64,000 nt of DNA from Octopus sinensis (GCF_006345805.1 NC_043002.1:120408874-120472873), one strand, 5' to 3'; shown: positions 36,836-51,309, counted from the stretch's first letter. Notes: generated from the sequence alone by a model not told the origin. Made by a program: numbers and translations.

Positions 36836-38287
36836 TGCTCCTGTAAATTTTAATCCCCTTCCAGCCCCATTTAGATATCTTTTCACATTTTGGTTAATAT
36901 AACCCGATTTCATTCGGGTCTACTGGGGCCACACTTTATAAGATGAGGAATTTTGTCCTAGAGGTCACGCCTTTCATTTGAGGAAAGAAATAGTTGCCAT
37001 GCAAACTCGTCAGCACTTTTAACATAGGTGTCCATATTTTCAGCTCAACCGACCACATACTGCACACATTATATATACATATATATATATATATTAAATA
37101 TATATATGTACATATATATGCATTATATGTATATGTGTGTGTGTGTGTGTACGCATTATATATACAAGTGTATAAAATTATATATATATATAAATACAGA
37201 TATATACACTTTGTATATATACATTATATATACATATTTATATATAGAACACACACACATATAAATTAAACCAATAAATATCTGATTCATAATATTTGTT
37301 CTCATGATTGTGTGGTGTCGTTGGCGATGATAATTCTCTCTGTGAATGTAGACAGACGTAGAGAGAGAGAGAGTGACATCGCTGGTGAAGGCGGCGGGCG
37401 AAAGATAGTAGACGCTGTGAAACGACGTTATAGAGAGAAAGTTAAAGGAAGGGAGGAAAGAGAGAGAGTCGGAGGAAGACAGGTAGATAATAGAATGAGA
37501 GAAGACTTGTCAAAGTGTGCGTTTTTTTGCCCTAGTAACCACACCTTTTAAGATAGGGATTTCTAACTTGTCCACTCACATTCTCACCTCATTTTACATG
37601 TCTTTGTAAATTTTGGAGTCAATCCGACGGGATCTAGTGCTCTTTAACCCGTTCCAATGCCAAAACCAGAAAAACAAACTTTTCGCATTTCAGATGTATA
37701 GATATTGATCGAGACCGCTATTTGGCTGAAAGTTATGGTAATTCTTTCTTTGAATACATAAGATGTATCAGGGATCTCCTCTTCCAGACGCAATAAGTTC
37801 GGAAGCCTGCTTCTTTCTGTCAAAAGTAATGGCAAAGCAGTGCATTGGACTTTATAAATATGTAGTGAATAAGTTCGATTCTTGCTAAAGTGGACAGTTC
37901 TGTGGTGGCTGTTAAGCAATTATGAAACAGTAGTATAGTTGAATAATCCAAGATGTACAATATCCAGTATGTTACATTAACAGCTTACATGACAGAATTT
38001 TCTATAAATATTGATGCTTCTTACATGAGAACCTTGTGGTTCTGCGCATCAAAAACTCTTCTTGAATGAAAAGAATTCTTATATGAATGATTCCTTTAAG
38101 GAAATTCTTCATAATAGCTGATAACAATGGTATTGATTAACGTTTAGAACTATGACACAAGGTGAAATGTCAAACGAGTAAAACCTATAAATTCAGATGT
38201 AACATTCACAGAATATCATTAAAAAATGAACTGAATTTCAAACAATGGCTGTTCTTATTGTCTATGATATGAGACTAACCACTGACA

Positions 38288-38370
38288 ACATAACAAATGG
38301 TTGATAAGTGAAATGTAAAGCAACTTAAATACAGGCTAGTCGCTGTATCAACTGACTGAATTTATAAATT
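38288..38370 (+). repeat. 83-bp direct repeat, copy 2
   Basis: See 36071-36153. Confidence 0.92.
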
Positions 38371-38614
38371 ATAATCAAGCTATACATTATGACTGATTCT
38401 GGACTATAATCATATATCTGATATGGAGGAAATAATATATTGTAAAGTACATGTATATAATTCTAACCGATTAGATCGCTTCACAGAGTATTTGGTGAAG
38501 CATTTTATCTTCTCGGTAATATTAAACAATGTCGAACAACATTGAATAAACAACACTGCGCAAAGTTCAATACTGTGTAATAGTAGGTGCATGTGCATGT
38601 GTGAGGGTATTTGA

Positions 38615-38652
<38 letters not shown>

Positions 38653-39582
38653 TTATGTACAATCTCATACCATGAAGTAACAAGTAAATTTAACTGTTAA
38701 CTGAAAATGCAATCCGGTTTCAAGTCTTGATTCAATTTATTTCACTTCACTTAGGCTGATAAAGCCATTGATATGCACTTGAATACCGCACAATATGTGC
38801 ATAAATAATAAACAGATAGTTAGGTAAAGTAGCGTCAGCATATTGGATTCTGGGAGCATAAAAATATACTCACTAGAGTTACATATATGCTGACGAATAA
38901 ACAATATTAGTCAATGAGTTGTAGTATTTCATTTTCTCGACAAGTATGGGAATAGATTGTGACATGTTTCGGTTTTATCAATAAGCCAATGTATTTGTGC
39001 ATAAAGTCGTGTTTACGGAGAATAATTCATAGATCAGATCACAATGATTCACAACAAATATTTAACTGATTTTATACGATTCTATTGAGATTGTTCGTCT
39101 TTTCGTATTCTCTTCATGACATATTTTAATGTACGGATACATTAATTAGGAATTGTTGAATATGATTGTTACATGTCTTTCGGGATTATTCTCATAACAT
39201 TTGCCTCTTTAATGATTCAAGTTTCTTCACTAGTACAACTGTATAAGTAAGATATACTGAAATTATTGTGATTCGATTAATAGAACACCTGGTTTCTGTC
39301 TGACGGATACAGTTTCCACCCAGATGCTCTATTATTGAAAAAATACTTCAGTTTTGATGAATGCAGCATTCATAATGAAAACTTTATATGCAGATTTTAT
39401 GCTGAAATATACATTTCTAACGCCAATTCAAAAGTATTCACTAGGTATTTCATAAATGCGCTTACATCAATAACCATTAATCTTACACTGCGATAATCCT
39501 TGCTAAACTTTTGGTTTATGAATTAATCAGAGAAATGTTCAAGATTGCCATACACACTTGCAAAGAAAAAGATATTAATATC

Positions 39583-39778
39583 GGTTCGAAATTTTGGCAC
39601 AAGGTCAGCAATTTCGATGGAATTGGCAAATCGATTTCCTCGACCCCATTATTCAACCCTGGAAGGATGAAGTGCAAAGTTGACTCGTAGGAATTTGAAC
39701 TCAGAACCTAAAGACAAACGACATGAAGTTAAGTATTTTGCTCAGAATCTTAACAATTCTGCCAGCTTCCCGCCTTAA
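39583..39778 (-). mobile_element. SINE family C monomer (diverged)
   Basis: gcaaagttgactcg..gaatttgaactcagaac...aattctgccagc..ccgcctt. Confidence 0.8.
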
Positions 39779-39802
39779 GATGTATTAATATTAACCATTA
39801 AG

Positions 39803-39980
39803 AAAGCACTGATCTGGCAGAATCGTTAGCACGTTGAGAAAAATGCTAAGCGGCATTTCGTCCATCTTTGGTTTCTGACTTTGCCTTTCAATATTTTGGG
39901 ATCGATAACATAAGTACCAGATGAGCGCTGGGGTTCATGTAATCGACTTACCTCCTACCCCGAAATTGTACCAAAATTTT
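39803..39980 (+). mobile_element. SINE family C monomer (deleted)
   Basis: ctggcagaatcgttagcacg..gactttgcctttca..ataagtaccag. Confidence 0.8.
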
Positions 39981-39989
39981 AGCCTTTGA

Positions 39990-40203
39990 GAAGACGGCGA
40001 GCTGGAAGAATCGTTAGCAGGTTTGCAAAATGTTTAACGGCATTTTGTCCGTCTTTCTGTTCTGAGTTCAAATTCTGCCGAGGTTGATTTTGCCTTTCAT
40101 CTTTTCGGGGTCGATAAAATAAACACCAAACAAATACTGAGTCGATGCAATTGACTTACCCACTCCCTCAAAATTGTTGTCCTTGTACCAAAACTTAAAA
40201 TCA
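39990..40203 (+). mobile_element. SINE family C monomer
   Basis: aagacggcgagctgg..gagttcaaattctgccgagg..ttcggggtcgataaaat. Confidence 0.85.
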
Positions 40204-40804
40204 ATATTAGCCATTGAGAATCAAACTTAAAAACAAATGTTCAGACGTAATTTTAACATCATTTCCATAACATTCTAGAGGGCTTTTACAGTTAATATCT
40301 AAAGAATTTAGTAACAAATATGTGTAAGAAATATATAAGTCATAAACGATGTAACTCTCAGTACAAAGGTTAACATGTTTCAAATGCTTCACAAGTATTT
40401 CTCTTCTGTAAGAAACGCCTCCTTATCGCTTGAAGAGAGAGCCAGAGATACTGCAGTGATTTTGCTGCAATCCCGGCAAAAGGTAGTCTACAAGTGGAAT
40501 TGCAGCCAGACTTGCTTGTCGGTCTCCTTATTCATGTTGTTCTAGTTACTGTTAAAGCTGGCACCGCTGTTATCGCTGCAATCTTTGTTACTGCAGCTGC
40601 TGCTATTCTGGTTGCTACTGCTGCATCTTTCATTGCTGTTTCTGTTGTTGCTCTTGTTGCACCTCTTGTATTGTTGCTAATGTTGCTGCACCTGATAATG
40701 CTCTGCAGTTGCTGCCCCTTTTGTTGTTGTTGGTGGTGTTGTTACAGCTTTTGCTGTTGTTGCTGTGTGTCCTTGTTGCGTGTGTTGTCCAGGATATAGT
40801 CATT

Positions 40805-41192
40805 GTGGAGGCGCAATGGCCTAGTGGTTAGGGCAGCGGACTCGCGGTCATAGGATCGCGGTTTCGATTCCCAGACCGAGCGTTGTGAGTGTTTATTGAG
40901 CGAAAACACCTAAAGCTCCATGAGGCTCCGGCAGGGGATGGTGGTGATCCCTGCTGTACTCTTTCACCACAACTTTCTCTCACTCTTACTTCCTGTTTCT
41001 GTTGTACTTGTATTTCAAGGGGCCGGCCTTGTCACTCTCTGTGTCACGCTGAATATCCCCGAGAACTACGTTAAGGGTGCACGTGTCTGTGGAGTGCTCA
41101 GCCACTTACACGTTAATTTCATGAGCAGGCTGTTCCGTTGATTCGGATCAACCGGAACCCTCATCGTCGTAACCGACGGAGTGCTTCCATCC
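40805..41192 (+). mobile_element. SINE family B, full length with TSD
   Basis: 11-bp TSD atatagtcatt at 40794-40804 and 41193-41203. Confidence 0.96.
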
Positions 41193-41625
41193 ATATAGTC
41201 ATTACCACAGCTGTTATAACCTCCGTAGCTACTGTTCCTGTTGTCGTTATTGTTGTTGTTTCTCTTATTATTGCTGTTGTTGTAATTGCTACTGTTATGT
41301 GACGTAAAGAAGTGGTGCAGTTTTTCGGAATATGAACTTTAGAACAGTTCTCTTGTTCTACGTGCAGGATGAGAGCAAGGGACCTTGAAGCGTACTGCAA
41401 CGCTCCTTTAACGTTATCTCTTACTTCTCTTTCCGTTTCATTGGTTGTGGAAGCCAACGTCATGTTTTTAAAATTATTTTCACAAAACAAAATTTTATTT
41501 TAGTTTCGAATTTGCGTTCTAAAGGCGCAAAAAAAACAAACCAACCAAGCATCCCGATATGTTTTGGTGGTCTGTAACAAATGATATGTAACAAAATTGC
41601 AACAATAAACATATAAACAGACAGT

Positions 41626-41664
41626 CATGATGATGATGATGATGATGACGACGACGACGACGAC

Positions 41665-41721
<57 letters not shown>

Positions 41722-42045
41722 GATGATGATGACGATGATGATGATGATGATGATGATAGTGATGATGATGGTGATGATGATGATGATGATGATGATGACG
41801 ACGACGACGACGATGATGATGATGATAGTGATGATGATGGTGATGATGATGATGATGATGATGATGATGACGACGACGACGACGATGATGATGATGATGA
41901 CGACAACAATAATAATAATAAACATCCTTTATACTACTACTACTACTACTACTACTACTACCACTGCTGCAGCTGTTGCTGCTTCTACTTCTACTTCTAC
42001 TACTGCTTCTACTACTACTACTATTACTACCCCTCCCACTACTAT

Positions 42046-42080
<35 letters not shown>

Positions 42081-42117
42081 ATAATAATAATAATAATAAT
42101 AAATAATAATAATAATA
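41626..42117. repeat. Compound (TGA/CGA)n, (CTA)n and (TAA)n trinucleotide arrays
   Basis: Direct reading; source of the poly-M/H/S/I pseudo-ORFs. Confidence 0.95.
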
Positions 42118-42420
42118 AAAAAGCCGTAGAAATAGAGGTAACTCGAATGGGGAAACTAAAAACAGAAACAATTCCTATCATAGTGGACGCATTAGGTACG
42201 ATAAAAAATATTCAGACAAATACATAACAAAAGCACCAGGGCTTACAAATATATACAGCATACAGAAAATTGCACTACTGAGCACTGCACACATCCTACG
42301 TAAAACACTTTAGATATAGTAACCATACGAGCATCACAGCAAGCCACAGCACATACCCAAGGCACACAGAGTTGCGCTCGGTAGTGAAGTGAAAGCACGC
42401 TATAAAAATAAAACTACTGA
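42118..42420 (+). mobile_element. R4/Dong-like LINE extreme 3' fragment
   Basis: AVEIEVTRMGKLKTETIPIIVDALG plus the same 3' UTR as 29798-30310; (TAA)n on both sides. Confidence 0.92.
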
Positions 42421-43609
42421 ATAATAATAATAAATTTGGTCTGTTTCGCAATGACCACGTCCTGCACAATGCCACACAACCGATAATAAGCAAGAGTCAT
42501 TGTCGCTACCAATATCTTAGACTATAGAATTTGTATTTCCGCTTCCTCTGTATTGTGGTTCTAGTCTGGGTGCGGTCATGTGGCACACCAGCTCTGCTTG
42601 ATTTTAAAGACTACAAATTCTTCCATACTCTCTTCCTTATTTGACGGAACACACATACCTCATACAGCCACCAAACCTTGCTCTACTTTCACTTTCGACG
42701 GCATTGATTTGACAAAAAACCTAGATAAACAATCTGTCTAATCGCATTTCCCTGGGAAAATTCTTCGAACAATTTGTGTCATATTTTCTACGCTTTTTCC
42801 TTTGTCCAGGCTTCACTGACGTCCAGTACTTCCCTCTAGATTTCAAAGTATGACCTGATGCAATTTAGTTATTCAGATTTTTCTGTTTATATTTAACCTT
42901 TTTTTAACTTTTTGGTGTATTTTCAAAACTTGTAGAGGTAGTGCATTCAGTTTTACTACGCTTCTGTCTAGCTCGTCCTAGCAAACCAAAGTAGGTGATG
43001 ACAAAAAAATCACATTGGACGAACCTTTTTGGCTACAGAGTAACGAAATAGATGTTCAAATATTCCGAAGCACATCGTTGCAATTTTTGTGTGTTTTAAT
43101 TTTTTCATAAAGTAATCCTGGAAGAAAATATCTTCGAAGCAGTGCTCTGTGAAATGTAACTGTTCAGGTAGCCACAACAAAAACAACAGTATGCACATAC
43201 ATATATCCACACATTCACATATACATACTTACATACTCTAAATATGCATAAATATATTTTCTATCCACTCTCCAGATAGGTATTTTTCGACTTTGAATAT
43301 TCAATATTCAGGTAGACAAAAATGGCAGATTTTAGAAAATAAATAAACACTAGCAGGCCTTCGTTTTATAATAAGATTAAAGACACTGTGCTGAGAATTC
43401 CTGTGCGTGGGCAGAGGTTTTTGTGTGTGAAGAATATATGTTTGTGTCAGAGTAAGTGTATGTTTGTATCTATAATACCCATATTATTAGGAGAGTATTA
43501 TAGAAAACGTTATAAATAATTCAAGAACATTTTTTTCTTCATTTTTTTTCTTTTCGGCTCTCACAAACCATTGTCTTTCTCTTTTCCCTCTCTTCCTATC
43601 TCTCCCTCT

Positions 43610-43648
<39 letters not shown>

Positions 43649-44496
43649 GTCTCTTTCATTCGCCTTTTTATCTCTCATCTCTTGTTATATCTTATTTTAC
43701 TCTGTATTTTTCATTTTCTTTCCTTTTTTCTGATAACCCAAATTTTATACTCTGCCATAAGATTCCATGTTGAAGCTAGCGTCAATGAGTTATTCTGATG
43801 CCGTTACTACGATTACAGTGTCAAAAATATTTTTCCTTTCATAAAAATGTTCAACCGTTATTTCACCAGCAGCTTGTGACCAATTCAATATGAACATACG
43901 TAAACCTTTACGTTATGAAACTTGCTATCCCACACATTTTAGTAATGTAACATTACTAAAATACTGCTCAACTGAGATATTTCTTGACCTAGCGAAGATA
44001 GTTATAAAGCAAAACATTTCTGTCAAAGACATAAAGGAATTGAAAATAAATTAAGGTGTATAGCGACTGTTATTCATATGAGATATTTAATACAAACTCA
44101 AACATTCCGAGGGATTCTGGTCGCTTTGACTAGGAGTAAAATATAATTGAAAAAGTGTTGATAAATAGTTGCTGTTGAGTCGATCTGACCAACCACTACG
44201 ATATCTTACATAGAAATTAATTCGCTACGCTTCGGAAAGCAACACGCAAGACTAAATTCTATGTGCAAAGTTGTAGCGTAAGAAATTTGATTTCATGCCA
44301 ATATATGACATATTGGTTGAGATTTATCTAATTATTAACCTCTTGTCTAGTATAGATATACAGTCAGAGATTATTGTGAAAATATGCTCAAAACTATTAC
44401 TAAAATAATATTCAAATGGATTATTCTTTCTTGTAGACACAATTGAATCAAATCTACTTCGTACAGTAAAATCTCTGGCACTATTTCTACTTCTAT

Positions 44497-44899
44497 AAGA
44501 CGGCGATCTGGCAGAAACTTTAGCACGCCGGGCGAAATGCTTAGTAGTATTTCGACTACCGTTACGTTCTGAGTTCAAATTCCGTCGAGGTCGACTTTGC
44601 CTTTCATCCTTTCGGGGTCGCTTAAATAAGTACCAGTTACGCACCGGGATCGATGTAATTGACTTAATCCGTTTCTCTGTCCTTGTTTGTTCCCTCTGTG
44701 TATAGCCCCTTGTGGGCAGTAAAGAAATGGGTATTTCGTCTGCCTTTACGTTCTAAGTTCAAATTCCGCCGAGGTCGACTTTGCCTTTCATCATTTCGAG
44801 ATCAATAAATTAAGTACCAGTTGCGTACTGTGATCGATCTAATCGATTGGCCTCCTCCCAAAAAAAAGTTTCGTGCTTTGTTCCTAGAGTAGAAAAGTA
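44497..44899 (+). mobile_element. SINE family C dimer, full length with TSD
   Basis: 15-bp TSD tatttctacttctat at 44482-44496 and 44900-44914. Confidence 0.96.
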
Positions 44900-47800
44900 T
44901 ATTTCTACTTCTATGCAGAACCAATGTGGAAACTAAATGAAACATAGAATATAAGCAACTATGAAAATGATAGTGCCTTTTTACTGGGTATTAATACATT
45001 TGTTTAATAACATTAACTATGATGTTCAGGATTTGCCAGAAAATAAATAAATAAACTTCAACCAAGAATCGAAAATGAATTGTGATCTTAGCTTGTATGG
45101 AGCTTGACTCTTTACAAATGGGCATATTGATAAGTTTTTATATGCATATTACAATATGATTATATATTGTGGGTTTTAAAATAAACAAACATCCGCTTGA
45201 AACCTGAAAATACTAGATCTCCTACGAATATCGCTGTACACACTATTTCAGTTGTGCATTTACACCATAGCATAACTTGTGTTTCCAAAAGCGAAAGCTG
45301 AAGATTATCAAGATTTTTTTTAATATTTCATCATTCTCACTTTCTTAAAACTATTTACGACAAAACAACATGAAGACATGCAGATCTTTAGTGAGAAATT
45401 GATCTATTAACTCGAACAGGCAATCCAGTCTAAATTACTAAGATCAATGTGACGTGTCAGATTTTATTGCTAAGTCTGAAGTATTTTATAACCATAGTTG
45501 GCTATTCTCTGGTAGACGAAATCAACAACAAATCTATTGCTAAGGAATATCGTATGCTGTATTTCCACAGCTATAATTTAATTTGGCAGGAAGTGAGCGG
45601 TAATTAAGCACACCTCCTGGCGTTACTCAGCTACTGGCAGAATCAGTAAATGATAAGATTCATAAGGATTCTTTATAAGAATATCCAGAATCGTAAACTT
45701 TATTGACTTTACGAGGTCAGCGTCTGACTTAATGGTTATATAGGAAGAACTATTTGGAATATATAACCATTCTGTCCAAAACATCTCGAAAGTGTTTTGT
45801 TCTTTCTAAGTCATATATCATCGCTGGTTAAAGATATTTATTATCAAAGTTGTTCCAGTTATAACACTCTTTACTGCATATACATAAAAAGTTGCTCTGT
45901 CTATTGCAACCTTTGTTTTTAGGGACAATTGTCTGCTATTTCTGACATGTCAATCGCCCTCGTAGAGTTACTTTGTTTTAAATTTGTACTTTAAAAAATA
46001 TTTTGCTCTTCATGGAAATAGAAGGAAGAACTACAAGGGAATGCAATCTTCGTGATATAACATTGCAAATAATATTAATTTACCACACTGGTACAGGGTC
46101 AGTATTTTGTAGTGGAAGAGGAATAGTCAGTTGAAGTGATTCCCCTACATGACTGACATATATTTTATAAATACTATATACTAAACTAAGATCAACACTT
46201 TAAAACTACAATTACATTGTGATGAAGGGATTTTGCATCGTTCAGACAATTAGCTGAGCAAATATGAAGAGTAGATCCTCTCCCCTACACTATATATATC
46301 AATACGATGTTTCTCAAACTCTGATGATGAGCAAGACTTTTTCTCGAGTAAGGCTTTTTTCATTTCGCTTTAAGTTTATCAAGTTTTTTTTATAGATGGA
46401 AACCTTGAATTTAACTCTTTAAACCGCAAACACCGCACTACAACTTTCACAATAGCAGGAGGAAAATTGCGTGCCCTATTTTGTTGAAGGAAGGCATTGG
46501 ATAATTTTTACTATGGATGCGGCTACCAACTGATTCTTCCTGCATTCAAAACAAAGGCCCTGTATGAATCCGTACGACATGAATATTCTGCACAAGTTAT
46601 CCCGACATAATTATAGATGTCTGTAGAAATCAATGCCCTCCAATAGCACTTAAAAATATTTTCAGTAATTTCCATCCAAGAATTCTTTAGAAAAAGTAAT
46701 TCAGTATATCCTCATTGATATCTACTTTGCCCCGAAAAGATACTGCTGTTCATAACCACTATTAAAATTCTACTTATTGGCTTCACATAGCACTAATCGC
46801 ATTAAAGAACTGGTAGTATACTGTAAGTACCCGGTAATTCTCCAGCTGCCAAGAGCTTCTGTCTCCCCTTGGCTCATAATTGCAGGCCATAGCAAGAAAT
46901 GTCTGGGGCTTACGCGTAGCTATTATAGAAACATTCGCAACCTCAGCGCTTCTTTCTAGATCACACGCGGTGAGATATGGGAAGTTCTATATGCAACTAC
47001 TAGATATAAAAATAAAAATCACTATATAAAAATCACCATAAAATATAAGTTTATTGAAAATTGGAAAGGTAAACCTAGAGCACCCAACATGCTATAATAA
47101 AGGTTTCTGACAGCTAACCATTTCCTCTGACAGCCAACGACAATAATTAGGTGATAATTTTGGCTTGCCTTTCCCATTATTTCTTTTTGTTAAGCTCTCC
47201 TCAATACTGCTTATCGCCTTGATTGATTAAGGCACTTCATAATAATTAATTCTATTCACTTGGCATAAGAACTTTCCGTGTGTGTGTGTGTGTGTGTATA
47301 AATATATACATATAGAAAGAGAGACTGTAAAGCGCTTTCATCAACTTGATGACCCATACCCCTGACGCAGAGGTCTTAGAAAGAGACAATGCAGTGAGTA
47401 GTGAGGCCCATATTCACCGTCATTGTATGAGTTGCTGAGTTTGTCATCGTGTGCGCCTTGGTGACAGCAGACTTCTCAAGCAAATGTGTGGCGAAATATC
47501 GCAAAGTACACGAAAGCGATTCTAGGACAATCTTAAATTTGCTTGGAATCTGAGTTTTCAGAACAGAAGTAGGAAGAGATATCACATGATAAAAAAAAAA
47601 CTGAAAACAACGTGTCTATGATGGAGAGAGCACATTCCAGCGAAATGCAAACGAGTGTTCCCTCATGAGAAGATTAATACGAAAAGACAATTTCGTTAAG
47701 TCTACAATTCCTCAACTAGTCTCTGAATTCTGTGGGCGCATACGTATGATTTGTGCAGGCTTGGTGATCCACCAGAGAAACCACGCAAAAAGACTTGTTA

Positions 47801-48828
47801 GAAACGACCGCAACTTCCTTACTGGGGTCCACCTCACATCTAGCATCTGCGAGAAAACGTGTATTAATCACTGAGGTTGATCTAAGCACAATGAAAGTGC
47901 ACAAAGAAAAATCATCAAAATGCTTCGGAACAACGAAGCAATTAGAAGAATGTGTATGAATGTCGAATATGTAACAGGTCTTGTAAGTTGCTGGCATGAT
48001 TTAAGAGTCATTGTCGTTCTCACAGTATGTAATTATGTATGTATATATGTATACATAAATATATGTGTATATATGTGGGGGTGCGTGCATGTATATGCAG
48101 AGACACAGGCAAAATACACATATATGCATATGTACAAAGAGAGTGTGAGACAGAACGAGAGAGTAAGAGTTGAGAGGAATAAAGAGAGATAAAGAGGAGA
48201 GAGATGCGCGTGTGTGTAAGTGTGTGCGTGTGTGCACGGATAGGATTGGAAGTAATGATTTTCAAATATTCGTTGATATAAATGAAAAGAATTTTCTGAA
48301 GCCAGCAATGAAAACAAGTGGCTGACTCTGCTCATGAAGTGCATACGTCGCTGCACTCGGTAAGTAAACTCCTTGGGCGCCAGTTAACCTAGCCTGAATA
48401 CCGAGGCAGTCAATACTTGTCACATTCGTCTTATGAATTATGGATACAAATTTCATTTCTGTATATATTTATATCTGATACTACAATAAAATCTTTCATA
48501 TTGTTTTAATGAACTTGTCTGTTATGTACAGCGTGAGTGCTAAAGTAAAATGTTTTAGTGCCCTATTCTTAATCCGTGATATCAACTATGTTAATCCCAT
48601 GGTAATACTCTAATGAATACAGGTAGATATTTTCAGTATCAGAGTGTATTATGGCAGAAATCTAATTAATAGGGAATAAATCGCTGTTACTCTTACTTTA
48701 GTGACCCACAGCTGATTCAAATGAATCAACACAAAAAAACACCGCGAAAGAATAAATACCAATATAAGCTAGGTATAAAAGCTATTATGATGGTAGAAGA
48801 AAGAAAGAAAGAAAGCATGAATGAATGA

Positions 48829-48884
<56 letters not shown>

Positions 48885-49439
48885 ATGAGAGAAAGAAAGA
48901 AAGAATTTTTGTTGCTGACATTGCATTGAAATGTTTGTGAGTCTCTGAGGAAAGCTGAAGAAATATTACAAAGAATCTTTCATGATGCTCTCGTCCATAA
49001 TAATGCTTTCCAATATGTGTGTGCACTACGATTACGCATCCAACACCCATAAATGTACATAGTTACATTTAGCCATAAGTAAACACATAAACATGCGATA
49101 ATTAACCAAGCTCTAAAACCAGATCCCTCGCAATGGAGATCTATCAGTGACTATGTCACAGCAGTATAACTAAGATTTCCACAGTTCATGAAATAGATTT
49201 GAAGCGAGTGTAAGTTTTACGTGTTATAAATTACTAGAAATATTATTGGAAAGGCTCCTTCGCATTGTAAGCGAAACAATGTGCATATACATATGTGTGT
49301 GTGTGTGTATGTGTGTGTGTACATATATATATATATATTGCTAGTTTCAGCTCAGAGCTGCGGCCATGCTGATGCATATATATATAGTAAGAAAAAGGAG
49401 ACTTTCGATTATCTCCACGTGGTAAGCTGTAATGCCAAA

Positions 49440-49556
49440 TATATATATAAAATAAAAGAAGGAAAATGCACACAGTTTACATAGTTTTAATATATTTTTT
49501 GATACACCTTATAAGTGAAAGAGTATTGTGTTTGCCGACCGGTTTCGCTTTCGCTA
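49440..49556 (-). mobile_element. Penelope-like terminus with hammerhead 3' half
   Basis: Minus strand GC(GAAA)GC-GAAA-CCGG-UC|GGCAAAC at 49546-49537. CUGAUGA is absent. Abuts (TA)n. Confidence 0.5.
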
Positions 49557-50284
49557 AACATGACATTGAAATTATTATAATTTCGTATTTTCTCAGATTT
49601 TAATTTATCATTTAGAAATGAATCAACAGATTGAAAACTCTAAGGAGAGGTAATTGGTTATCGTTATTATTCGGGACAGGGTAGGTAACTGATCATTTTG
49701 GAGGAGGGGTAAATAAATATACAAAACTGAAAAGCTAAAATACTGAGATGAAATATTTACAGTGAAGTATATGTGAACATGAATTAAAATATATACTGAG
49801 ACCAAAGTTGGTTATGCGTTCAAATTTAGGCTTGTTCAGTATTTTTCGATAAATAAATTTTCTTTATTTAAACTTACTTGTACGGAAGTTGTTTCTTTGC
49901 ACTGGTAGATGGGGTAACCTGTGAAGTGTGGTTGGATATTACCTGCGCATCTCTCTATGTGTTCACACAAAGGAATCTGTCTGTACTGTGGTAAACAGAT
50001 CTGTCCCTTATGTAGTACGGTTCTCTGTCTTTAATGCAAATTTCAGTTTTTAATTTCTCATTTTTCTCAATCTGTGAACCTACTTTCGTCATCATGCCAT
50101 CTGAAATATATTTCTCTCTCTCTCTCTCTCTGTTTGTTTCTGCGTTCCTTTCTGTCGAAGAGCGTAGGCTCGAAGCGTAAAAGACTTTCTCATCACACGC
50201 TCGTCTTCGTCTTTTGTTTTTTGTTTTGTTTTGTTTGTTTGTTTTTTTGTAACTTATCACTATATACATATATGTGTAAGTGTG

Positions 50285-50712
50285 TATGTTTTTTTTTGGT
50301 TTTTTTTTGCTCAAAAAGCAAAAAGCAAGGCCATGTAGGGGGACATGGAGTTATGTACAGGGTGGTGTTCACGTAAAGAGTTCAGGCCACTTGAGGTCAA
50401 GGGAGACTTTGAACAAAGTGGTCGTCGGCATCTTCACCATCTCGTCTGGCAGCTTGTTCCACGGATCCGCAACCCGGACGGAGAAAGTCCCTCTCCTTCG
50501 ATTGAGATGAAATCGTCGCAGATAGAGCTTTTCGGAATGACCCCGCAGCCGACGCTCTGGAGCAGGAGTGAAGAACAGCTCTTTCGAGAGGTTACACTTT
50601 CCGCTTATGATGTTGTGAGCGAGAATGAGATCACCACGGCGGCGGCGTTTTTCTAGAGAATAAAAGTCGAGCGTCTTCAGCCTTTCTTCATAAGACAAAT
50701 TCTTGAGACCGT
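50285..50712 (-). mobile_element. CR1 LINE 3' fragment
   Basis: ORF 50369-50698: SYEERLKTLDFYSLEKRRRRGDLI...RGH...FSVRVADPWNKLP, a canonical CR1 C-terminus, followed by a short 3' UTR. Confidence 0.93.
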
Positions 50713-51309
50713 GTGTATGTATATCTGTAAGTGTGTATCGTTGTATTTCTCTCGTCGCTTCTTGAGAACTGTGTTAGTTTGTCTACGATCCCACAACATG
50801 AAATTCTGCACAACCAGACCGATAAATGTAATACTAGACTTAAAAATAAATACCGAGGTCGATTTATTCGCCTAAACCCTTCAATGTGATACTCCAGTAT
50901 GGTCGCTGTCCACTGACAGAAAGATCTATTTGATAGAGGGCGGAATTCGGCTTTAAGCACGTAACCCCTACTAACTTCTTTATTATTTAGAATTTTCTGA
51001 ATATGTTGACAATTTGTATTCTACATACGGGAATTCACACGACTGGGAAAAATCTTTTTTAAAAAAAAAGCATATTTCGAATATCTTTTATTAAAATAAG
51101 CACAATTTTAAATACGCAAAGTCCGAGGTTTTCGCTTAAATCTCAACAATAGGCCGTTAAATGTTGCTTATGGGGAGAAAGACATTGAAAGAATAACAAT
51201 ATATCAGACTGACAAACAAGCGAGGAGGGTATGAGGTGGTCGTCAGATGTGTTAAAAATAACAGCTAACTAGCCCTTAAATCACGCGCCAAATTTTATTT
51301 ACTTAATTT

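Noticed and set aside
41161-41490. 109-aa minus-strand ORF
   Set aside because: Half is low-complexity Thr-rich sequence running into a SINE tail; no splice signals or motif.
42440-42850. Possible further decayed R4-like fragment (CRLCG-like)
   Set aside because: Too degraded to support by eye.
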